From contig CAVTCR010000062.1 in the NCBI GenBank assembly GCA_963733195.1, positions 160,001 to 224,000 on the forward strand: 64,000 nt of DNA, written 5' to 3'. The position numbers were made by a program, and so were the translations under genes. This document shows, in pieces, positions 54,136 to 62,478 of this stretch (its first letter is position 1; each line of letters begins with the position of its first letter). The notes under the pieces are model-generated. The model searched no databases, was not told the DNA's origin, and was given only the letters and a program-made list of their open reading frames with translations. This stretch comes from an uncultured delta proteobacterium. GTDB lineage: Bacteria; Desulfobacterota; Binatia; Bin18.

Positions 54136-54193
54136 TGTCATTCTGAGCGAGCGAAGAATCTCTCTGAGACCCTTCGTTTCACTCAGGGTGACA
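54136..54193. repeat. GTCATTCTGAG...CTCAGGGTGAC-type REP
   Basis: TGTCATTCTGAGCGAGCGAAGAATCTC...CTTCGTTTCACTCAGGGTGACA. Confidence 0.75.
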
Positions 54194-54273
54194 ACTTTGG
54201 TGTGCCAATTTTGTGTGTTTCGATTTAGCATTGTCTATTGTCACGCGCCCGACTCTCCTAAGAGGCTCTAGAA

Positions 54274-55269
54274 TTGAAGCGATTCATCACCACCATCATT
54301 ATTGGTTTCATTCTTTTGGGCATGCTCATCTGGGGGACACTCGCGATTGTGTACTCCAACATTCCCTCAGCGTCACTGCGTACCACCTTGAGTTGGGCAT
54401 TCGCCCTTGGGAGTGTCTCTATCCTCCTCTTCCTCCGCCCGTGGAGGCGGGCCGTGTTCATGTTCCTGACGGTCTTCGCCGGGGTTCTCCTGTGGTGGCT
54501 GTCGATTCCTCCCTCACAGAATCGTGACTGGCAGGCTGACGTTACCGCGCTATCCAGCGCGGAGTTCGACGGCGACCGAGTCACGATTCGGAACATTCGT
54601 AACATCGATTACCGCACCGAAACAGATTACACGGTGCAGTATTACGACAAGACCTTCGACCTCTCCAAGTTACGCACAGCGGACTTGTTCATTTCCTTTT
54701 GGGACTCTCCGTATATCGCCCACACCATTATGAGCTTTGGTTTTGGCGGGAACGACTACGTGGCGATTTCTATTGAGACCCGCAAATCCAAAGATGAAGA
54801 GTACTCCGCGATCAAAGGGTTCTTTAAGCAGTATGAGTTGATTTATATCGTCAGTGATGAGCGTGACGTGGTTCGTTTGCGCACGAACTTCCGGGGAGAA
54901 AACGTCTATCTGTATCGACTCGACGCCAAGCCCGAGCTGGTCCGTAGCGTTTTTCTCGACTATTTCACTTATATAAATCACCTAAAGGAGCAGCCAGAGT
55001 GGTACAACGCGCTCACGCACAACTGCACCACTGCCATTCGTGGGCACGTGGTCCCGCATACCAACAACACCCAACGGTTGCCGAACTGGAAGCTTCTCGT
55101 TAATGGCTATTTGGACGGGCGGCTGTACGAGACCGGGGTGATAGACCAGAGTCTCCCCTTTCCGGAGCTTAAAGCCCGCAGCCATATCAATGAGCGCGCC
55201 AAAGCGGCGGACGATGCCCCGGATTTCTCGCAGAAAATTCGCGAGGGACTCCCAGGTATGGGTGAATAA
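54274..55269 (+). CDS. DUF4105 (Lnb N-terminal-like) domain membrane protein
   Basis: Three TM helices; IRNIRNIDYR, IAHTIMSFGF, SIETRK, QYELIYIVSDERD, YNALTHNCTT. Confidence 0.85.
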   Translation: MKRFITTIIIGFILLGMLIWGTLAIVYSNIPSASLRTTLSWAFALGSVSILLFLRPWRRAVFMFLTVFAGVLLWWLSIPPSQNRDWQADVTALSSAEFDGDRVTIRNIRNIDYRTETDYTVQYYDKTFDLSKLRTADLFISFWDSPYIAHTIMSFGFGGNDYVAISIETRKSKDEEYSAIKGFFKQYELIYIVSDERDVVRLRTNFRGENVYLYRLDAKPELVRSVFLDYFTYINHLKEQPEWYNALTHNCTTAIRGHVVPHTNNTQRLPNWKLLVNGYLDGRLYETGVIDQSLPFPELKARSHINERAKAADDAPDFSQKIREGLPGMGE

Positions 55270-55304
55270 ATTTTTCCTTTGCAAACCAACTGTACGGAGA
55301 AAAG

Positions 55305-57272
55305 ATGGAAACGACGCCAAGACATCCACAACACGGAACGATGAGGCACCCCAATGCGCTGGTCGCGGGCGTTGTCGGATGTGTACTTCTGGCCTCAGCC
55401 TGCGCACTGCCAGTGACAGTCAAACGGGGCGAACCTGAGACCGTGCAGCGCGAGTTGACCGGCTACGTTCTCACGACCGGGGAGCCGAGCCTGGCAAGCG
55501 AAAACACCTTGCGCCGCTACTTTTTGACCGAGCGCTTTGAGGATTACCCCGAGCATGCACTTGCCGAGCTCCATGCTGCTGGCATCCGCAACGACGATGC
55601 GAACGCTCTCTTCGTGCTCTCGGAGCTGTCGTTCTCTCACGCTAAGGAAAGCGGCAAGCGCTCGTACTATCTCGCGGCGGCCGTGTACGCGTATGCGTTC
55701 TTGTTCCCCGACGGGGCGGGCACACCGCCTAACCCTATCGATCCCCGCCTGCGGGCAGCCTGTGAGTTGTACAACCGCAGCCTTGCCCAAGCTTTCCTCT
55801 CCGAGGATGAGAAAGAGGTCGCGGTGAAGGCGGGAGTATATCCACTGCCCTTCGGATCACTCACGGTCACGTTTAACGAATCTCAATTGATCTGGGCTGG
55901 TGACCGGAGTCTCACTGGCTTCGTCTCAGCAGCCGATATCCAGATTACGGGCCTTAACAACCGCTATCGGCGTCCAGGTATTGGTGCGCCCCTGGCCGCC
56001 AGTACCGTTCCTCTTAATACTGCGCGGGGAGAGCACGACTTTGTGGCTCCAAAAGTCAAGGTGCCTACCAATCTCTTCCTGCGCATCGAACAACCTAAGC
56101 AAGATCTAGCGAGCGGACACCTGCGGGCGGCACTCGAACTGCGCACGACGCTGGATGCCGACGTTGTCCGGGTTGATAACCGAGACCTCCCTCTGGAATA
56201 CGAGCCGACCGCAGCCCTGGCTTACCAACTCAGCGAATCGACTGTCTGGCAGCGGGAGTTTGCAGGGTTTTTCACGGGTGACTTGCTGCGGATCGAGAAG
56301 GCAACCAGCCTGGCGGCCATGGCCCCACACCGGCCGGGGCGCATTCCGTTGGTCTTCGTCCATGGGACGGCGTCGAGTGCGGGGCGGTGGGCGGATTTGG
56401 TCAATGACTTGCTGAGCGACCCGCGGATCCGGGATAACTACGAGTTTTGGTTCTTTACCTATGACACGGGGAATCCTATTGCCTATTCCGCCGCCCGCTT
56501 ACGGCAAGCACTGCGTGCCGCAGTCGCACGGTTTGACCCGGACGGACGCGACCCTGCCATGCGGCGCATGGTGTTGATGGGCCACAGCCAGGGCGGCTTA
56601 TTAGCGAAGATGATGGTCATCGATACCGGGACCAAGCTCTGGGATAATGTCAGCTCGGTTCCCCTCGAGCAGCTCAAGTTGAGCGACGAGAGCCGGAAAC
56701 TGCTACAGGACAGTCTGTTTGTTGAACCCCTGCCCTTCGTGCGGCGGGTGATCTTCATGTGCACCCCTCACCACGGTAGCTATCAAGCAGGCGGCCGCAT
56801 TATCCATTGGATCACCCGTTTTATGAAACTCCCGGGCGATGTGCTCAATCTCAGCACGGATATGCTGCAAGGCAACGCCGATAAGCTCAAGATCGCGGCG
56901 AACACCAAGATGCCGACCAGCATCGATAACATGACGCCGACCAACCCTTTCATCAAGACGTTAGTGACGATCCCGATCGTGCCGCAAGTGGCGGCGCACT
57001 CCATCATCGCCGTCAAAGGCGAAGGCCCGCCGGAGAATGGGAACGACGGGGTGGTCGAGTACAAGAGCGCGCATATTGACGGCGTGGAGTCCGAGCTGGT
57101 GGTCAACTCCGGGCACTCTGCCCAGAGTAATCCCCACACCGTAGAGGAGGTGCGTCGCATCCTGCTACTCAATGCCAGCGAAGCCTGCGCGCAGGTTGGG
57201 GTTGCATGTGTGAAACCAATTAGGAAAAACGATGAGAACTTCGAAGCGGAGACCCGGGCCCAATTGAAATAG
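55305..57272 (+). CDS. Alpha/beta-hydrolase lipoprotein, paralog 2
   Basis: Lipobox LASAC; VHGTASS, GHSQGG, NDGVV, SGHS. Confidence 0.85.
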   Translation: METTPRHPQHGTMRHPNALVAGVVGCVLLASACALPVTVKRGEPETVQRELTGYVLTTGEPSLASENTLRRYFLTERFEDYPEHALAELHAAGIRNDDANALFVLSELSFSHAKESGKRSYYLAAAVYAYAFLFPDGAGTPPNPIDPRLRAACELYNRSLAQAFLSEDEKEVAVKAGVYPLPFGSLTVTFNESQLIWAGDRSLTGFVSAADIQITGLNNRYRRPGIGAPLAASTVPLNTARGEHDFVAPKVKVPTNLFLRIEQPKQDLASGHLRAALELRTTLDADVVRVDNRDLPLEYEPTAALAYQLSESTVWQREFAGFFTGDLLRIEKATSLAAMAPHRPGRIPLVFVHGTASSAGRWADLVNDLLSDPRIRDNYEFWFFTYDTGNPIAYSAARLRQALRAAVARFDPDGRDPAMRRMVLMGHSQGGLLAKMMVIDTGTKLWDNVSSVPLEQLKLSDESRKLLQDSLFVEPLPFVRRVIFMCTPHHGSYQAGGRIIHWITRFMKLPGDVLNLSTDMLQGNADKLKIAANTKMPTSIDNMTPTNPFIKTLVTIPIVPQVAAHSIIAVKGEGPPENGNDGVVEYKSAHIDGVESELVVNSGHSAQSNPHTVEEVRRILLLNASEACAQVGVACVKPIRKNDENFEAETRAQLK

Positions 57273-57378
57273 GGCAAGGCGAGAGATGTTTCATTTCTTT
57301 GTTCGATATGGCCTAAGCCATAAGAGGAACATCGTCAAAACTCAGAAGAAGGAGGAACGAGCAATGAAGAGATTAACT

Positions 57379-58444
57379 GAAGCCTGCGCGTAAAGGGGTC
57401 GGGGGTAGCAGAGAGTCAAAAGTCTCTGCATGGTCTCGGGCTTATGGTAACCAACCTCAGCCCGTGCCCCCGACGCACTGCTGAAGATAGTGGAACAAGT
57501 GAAAGAATACTACGTTGACCCCTCTCCCCAATGGCAACGAGGTCGTCCGCGGACGTTCTCCGGTCGCGCCTTTCTGCTCTGGCGGTAGTGGCGGTGGTGC
57601 TGCGGACCTTCAAACCCCAGGAGCTGCGCACGCTCTTGACCAAGGACGACGGCCTGCGGCAACGGCTGGGTTTAGATCGCGTCCCGCACCGGCGCACCCT
57701 GGCGCGGCGACTGGACGCGACGCTGCCGGAGGCCGAAGCGCAAGTCCAAGCCCTGGGGCAACAGATTCTGGGGGAAGTGGCGCCAGGTCCGGATGAGCCC
57801 CAAGCTTCCGCCATTGATGGGCGCATGTACCAAGCCCAAGGGCCGTGCTGGCATAAGCGCGACCGGGCGCAGGGGCGGATACCTCCGGGCTGCGCAATGT
57901 GGACAGGGAGTCGGCGTGGTCCAAGAGTGGGTATCGGGGCTGGGTGCAAGGCTATCGGTTGATCCTGCAAGGCTTGGTTTTTCCCACTCCCGTGCCCCTC
58001 TTTGCCCGCTGGTGTTCCAACGCAGTAGGGGAAACCACCGTGCTGGAAGAGGCCCTGGCCGCTGAGCAACTCCCCGTTACCGAATTCTTGCTGGGCGACT
58101 CGACCTTTGGCGGGGCTGACCTCGTGGCCCCCTATGCTCAACACGGTGGCTGGTTGCTTACCCCCCAGCAGTTGCCGAGGAACCCGGACTCGTGGAAACG
58201 TGACCTCTATGCTTATCGACGCGAAACCATCGAGTTGCTCTTCCAGCGCCTCATCCAAGCCTATGACCTTAAAACCTGCCCTACCAAAGGCTTGGCGCGT
58301 ACGGGCACCTTTGTCCTCGCTAGTGTGTGGCTCTATCAAGCGCTTGTTCTCGACAACCATCACCATCACCGACCTGTCGCTCACATCAAAGAGATCATCG
58401 ATGAAGGCCGCTGGCGCATCGCGGCCTGAATTACGCACGGCTTC
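57379..58444 (+). mobile_element. IS5/IS982-like insertion sequence, transposase frameshifted
   Basis: Imperfect IRs GAAGCCTGCGCGTAA / TTACGCACGGCTTC; DDE motifs AIDG, LGDSTF, RRETIE.LF; ORF pieces 57444-58429. Confidence 0.8.
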
Positions 58445-58649
58445 ATATAGATGGTAGGCGTGGGTAGCGTATTAGCGCAGTTTGCTCAGGCGTCCCACAT
58501 GGTTCAGATTGAGCACGTAAGTTCGTCAGGACACATAGTATGAAAGATTAGGTCACCCAGATTGACGGTGCCTATCGCATCACCGATTCGTGCGTCTCAC
58601 TCAATTCGGTCGTGCATGCCTGGCGCGATGACTTGTCGCCCGAGAGTAT

Positions 58650-59705
58650 CTAAGGAACACTGGTCAAATCTTTCCACGTCTCCCCGTCGGAGGAAGTCAA
58701 AATTACTCCTCTGCCGACAGCAACGAAGCGTGAACCATTCCAGGTGATGCTCATCAAGTCCGCCGTCGTGCCAGACTTTCTGGCCTTCCACTGTTTTCCG
58801 TCCAGGGAAGTGACAAGTACCCCACTAGAGCCGACGGTGACAAACCTCTTACTGCCCCAAGCCACCGCACGGAGCGGATCAAAAACGTTGACCCTGACCT
58901 GAGTCCAGGTCTTCCCATCCGGCGAGGTGAAGATGCTGCCTTGGCGCGCTTTGCTACCCACTGTGACAAATAGCGCCCCGTTCCAGGCAACGTCCGTGAG
59001 CAAGGCGTTCGTGCGGAACTGACGTGTCCACGTCTCCCCATCCGGCGACGTCAGCAGGGCGCTGGTGAGACCGAATTTGCCACGATTGGTGTTCCCGAGG
59101 GCAACGAAAGCGGAACCAGTCCAGATCACGTCGGCAAAGACCGACTCATTGCTTTCGAGAGCAGAAGTCCTGTCAGTCCAGGTTCTACCATCCGGTGAGG
59201 TAGCAAGACACCCACGTCCGTAGAAACCTCCCACCGCGACAAACAGTGAAGTATTGGCGGCGACACGGGTAAAGGCGCAGGTCGAGACAGTGGCGGCGAC
59301 CATCCACCTCTGCCCGTCCGGCGAGATTAGAATACGTTCTCCCACGGCGACAAACGCCGTGCCGTTCCAGGCAACGCCGTATAACACGCCGGGCTTCTCT
59401 CCCGACTCGAGCAGCCCAGGAGAGTCTCTTATCGACACCTTGCTCCAGCGCACTCCGTCGGGTGAGGTCAACGCCACCGTTGCGTTCAGGGACCCGCTAC
59501 CCACCGCAACAAACTGTGCATTTCCCCAGGTGACATCATAAAGGTAATAATCTGTGAGTTGCCGTGCCGCTACCGGCTCACCGGACCCCTGTTGCGCAGC
59601 TGCTGGTGCGACATTCCTGCCGAGGGCGAGACAGCAAGAGAAAAAGAGGCCGAAGCTGACAAGGCGGGCTTTCGTGTGGGAGCTGAATCTTCCTTCCCCG
59701 AGCAA
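58650..59705 (-). CDS. Exported BNR/WD40-like beta-propeller repeat protein
   Basis: About 7 repeats of V.W....FVAVG.....TSPDG..W; AAGGAGG RBS before TTG near 59705. Confidence 0.8.
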   Translation of the reverse strand: MLGEGRFSSHTKARLVSFGLFFSCCLALGRNVAPAAAQQGSGEPVAARQLTDYYLYDVTWGNAQFVAVGSGSLNATVALTSPDGVRWSKVSIRDSPGLLESGEKPGVLYGVAWNGTAFVAVGERILISPDGQRWMVAATVSTCAFTRVAANTSLFVAVGGFYGRGCLATSPDGRTWTDRTSALESNESVFADVIWTGSAFVALGNTNRGKFGLTSALLTSPDGETWTRQFRTNALLTDVAWNGALFVTVGSKARQGSIFTSPDGKTWTQVRVNVFDPLRAVAWGSKRFVTVGSSGVLVTSLDGKQWKARKSGTTADLMSITWNGSRFVAVGRGVILTSSDGETWKDLTSVP

Positions 59706-59769
59706 AACAGCCTCCTTGCGTCCAATTCTCAATCTCCTGAAAATTAGCCTTACCGCGCCACCGCTCTCT

Positions 59770-60039
59770 CTACCGCCTGGAGCCCGCTTGATATCCTTGC
59801 TCGTATGCCTGTTGTTGGGACCTCTTATGGGAGTCGTAAATGTACCCGCCTGCCAAACCCGTTGCCCCGCCGATCGCCGCCCCCAGTCCGGCATTACCAG
59901 CAATCGCGCCGATCAGCGCCCCACCTGCTGCACCCATCGCCCCGCCACTGACCACCCGTTGCTGGGTCGGGTTCATCTCAGAGCATCCCCCTAACCACAC
60001 TGTCACAAGGAAGAGTAGAGCTGTTGTGAAACGTCTCAT
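59770..60039 (-). CDS. Glycine-zipper lipoprotein (YMGG-like)
   Basis: Lipobox LGGC; GGAMGAAGGALIGAIAG..GLGAAIGGATG. Confidence 0.85.
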   Translation of the reverse strand: MRRFTTALLFLVTVWLGGCSEMNPTQQRVVSGGAMGAAGGALIGAIAGNAGLGAAIGGATGLAGGYIYDSHKRSQQQAYEQGYQAGSRR

Positions 60040-60056
60040 ACCGTTTTTCTCCATAA

Positions 60057-60505
60057 TTAAGTGCTTATGTTGGCTTTCATTTCTTCGTGCCGGGCGTTGT
60101 ACTCACTGCACCGCCTGTGGGTCGCGCCGTCTGGGCACGGCCATTGCCACGTCGCGAACCGCATGAGGGAGTCTACCGGGCGTTCCCCCATGTACTGAGA
60201 GTTCTGCTTGGCCCACCCCACGAACATCTGCACCGCTTGCCGGCGCTCCGGCTGCGGCTCGGGCAGGCAGAACAGCGGCTTCGCCTCAGGGCCCGCCTGC
60301 TGCGCCATATAATAGTGGTAGGCCCGACCACATACCCGAAGCAAAAACCGATCGCCGGCCCATGTAATGGGTCAGTCTCCGGCGCTGTACAGAGTTCAAC
60401 GAGATCCTGCGTCGTTCGCACAAGGAATGTATCTCGTGTGACTGCCGCCGATGGCATGGGCCATAAGCAAAGTATGGATAAAATATATAATGCTCTGTAT
60501 CGCAC
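60057..60505 (-). CDS. Rap1a/Tai-like periplasmic protein (frameshift near 60315)
   Basis: Signal peptide; TTQDLVELC, AIGFCFGYVVG, LFCLP, QWPCP Cys pattern. Confidence 0.7.
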
Positions 60506-60609
60506 GGTCTCCTCCTTAATACATAATACACACAAAATATTGACCACTTTGTTCCCAGACGGAGCAGACGGTCCGCCGATTACCTTAGCGCATGGCTGCG
60601 GGACACCGC

Positions 60610-61059
60610 TCACGCAGCCGTTCTGAGACTGAGAGGCCGGTTGACTCTCTGCTTCCTGATCCGTCTTATCTGGGCAGGGCGCTGCTGACGCCACTGCGTG
60701 AGTCCCTTGCGCACGTAATCTGGGTCGAGGCCTAAGGCTGTACAGATATTGACAAAAGAGAACGGCCAGCATTCATCCTGGGAAAAGAACCACGCTTCGG
60801 CTTCTTTGGCGAGACGCTGAGCGCGTTTGCCGTCCTCAACAAAGGGTTTGACAAAACAATTAAAGGCGTCTTCCAGTACCGCACGCATGAGGGCAAACTC
60901 GCCCTGGCCGTGGTCGTGTGGAAGGCCGAAGAACTGCTCCGGCAGCACGGCAACTGAAGATAAGGTGAGACTCGCCGCAGCGGCAGTGGGGGGTGACGGG
61001 AATATGACAGCACTAAAGGGTTGGCCTCGATCTTCCAGCGAGGTACACACGTCCTTCAT
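60610..61059 (-). CDS. Conserved hypothetical protein
   Basis: LMRAVLEDA...EAEAWF...WPFSFVNICTALGLDPDYVR. Confidence 0.7.
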   Translation of the reverse strand: MKDVCTSLEDRGQPFSAVIFPSPPTAAAASLTLSSVAVLPEQFFGLPHDHGQGEFALMRAVLEDAFNCFVKPFVEDGKRAQRLAKEAEAWFFSQDECWPFSFVNICTALGLDPDYVRKGLTQWRQQRPAQIRRIRKQRVNRPLSLRTAA

Positions 61060-61103
61060 AAAGAAAACCTCCGACAGAGAGATAAAAAGGGCGATGCTTC
61101 TTG

Positions 61104-61382
61104 CTATTTCCCGCCCAGCGCAGATTGAACCTTTTTGAGCGTGTCAATGTTTTTCTGCAGCCCACTGACATGATCTTGCATCTCCACAATCGAGGTGCCC
61201 AACTCCCCGACCGAGCCCAGGGCTCCAGAGCCGGCGGCTTGTTTTATCGCCGCCCCTCCCAGGTCTTTCAACTGTGCATCTGCCTTTTGCTGGCTCAACG
61301 AACCGCAGATGAAACCGATGCCAAACATGCCAATGAGTGCGGCCACCCGCAGACTTCGAGCGCTTGTACTTTACTGTGTCAT
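61104..61382 (-). CDS. Small exported coiled-coil hypothetical protein (5' frameshifted)
   Basis: FGIGFICGS, ELGTSIVEMQDHVSGLQKNIDTL; ATG at 61382 with GAGGA RBS. Confidence 0.55.
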
Positions 61383-61503
61383 GATATCCTCACTCTAAAA
61401 ATTGTAATTGTAAGATTCGTATGTTGCCCACGGTCCTGAACTCTCCGGCGGATTCCCGCAGAGAGCAGGCTCCCCGGGATTCTTCTCGCCAACCTCAGAA
61501 CTG

Positions 61504-62253
61504 TTATGTTCTTCGTACCGCTGGAGCGGGTGCATCCGCCACTACGACCTTGTCCGTCTCCTCTTGCCCCAGCCAACGGTACGTGAACCCTGCGAGAATC
61601 GCTCCCACGATCGGTGCAAACCAGAACAACCACAACTGTGCCAGTGCCCAGCCGCCTACAAACAGCGCTGGTCCCGTGCTCCGCGCCGGGTTGACCGAGG
61701 TGTTCGTCACCGGGATGCTAATGAGATGGATCAGGGTTAGCGCGAGCCCAATGGCGATGGGCGCAAACCCCGTCGGCACGCGGCGGTCTGTGGCTCCTAA
61801 GATGATCAAGAGGAACATGTAGGTGAGGAAGAGTTCGGCCACGAACGCCGCCACCAATGTGTAGCCTCCGGGCGAATGGGCTCCATACCCGTTCGCGGCG
61901 AACCCGCTCTGCACGGCATCAAACCCCTCTTTGCCACTGGCAATCAGATACAATACCCAGGCTCCGATCACAGCTCCCGCCACTTGCGCCACAATGTAGG
62001 GGACAAGATCCGCACTCGGGAAGCGGTTACCTGCCCAGGCACCGATGGACACCGCCGGGTTCAGGTGACAGCCCGAGATGTGCCCCACGGCGTACGCCAT
62101 GGTCAGTACGGTGAGCCCGAAGGCAAGGGAGACACCCAGTAACCCGATGCCCACGTTGGGGAAAGCGGCCGCGAGCACGGCACTGCCACAGCCGCCGAAC
62201 ACGAGCCAGGCGGTTCCGATAAATTCTGCGACTAAGCGATTCGCCATTGGCAT
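61504..62253 (-). CDS. aqpZ: Aquaporin Z
   Basis: [44 protein letters not shown]. Confidence 0.97.
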   Translation of the reverse strand: MPMANRLVAEFIGTAWLVFGGCGSAVLAAAFPNVGIGLLGVSLAFGLTVLTMAYAVGHISGCHLNPAVSIGAWAGNRFPSADLVPYIVAQVAGAVIGAWVLYLIASGKEGFDAVQSGFAANGYGAHSPGGYTLVAAFVAELFLTYMFLLIILGATDRRVPTGFAPIAIGLALTLIHLISIPVTNTSVNPARSTGPALFVGGWALAQLWLFWFAPIVGAILAGFTYRWLGQEETDKVVVADAPAPAVRRT

Positions 62254-62314
62254 ATACTTCTCCTCTCTTTTAAAAAATTTCTTTGTCACAGCTGGCTGCC
62301 ATTGTCTAGGAGAT

Positions 62315-62384
62315 AGAATACGTGCGGCTATGGTTCAGAGATAGGCGAATCGTTCAAGTTATCGTTCAGATTTTGGTTCAGATT
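62315..62384 (-). promoter_or_regulatory. Conserved 70-bp promoter/operator, copy H (aqpZ unit)
   Basis: Boxes at 62333, 62352, 62364, 62376; minus-strand CG-TATTCT at 12 bp. Confidence 0.8.
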
Positions 62385-62478
62385 GTGCGAGAAGGCTCCT
62401 CCACCCCGGTATATCCTGGTATGGTGTGAGTCTGCGGCCAACTGAAGACTGAGGCTGCCTACAAGTCGGGAGGGAAGT

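Noticed and set aside
58484-58510. Single GGTTCAGATT box
   Set aside because: No partner boxes at 12/19-bp spacing and no correctly placed hexamer
32427-62384. GTTCAGATTTCGGTTCAGATT repeats as CRISPR repeats, iterons or integron attC sites
   Set aside because: Copies are kilobases apart, non-palindromic and always 5' of genes with a fixed -10-like hexamer; no cas, rep or integrase gene in the window
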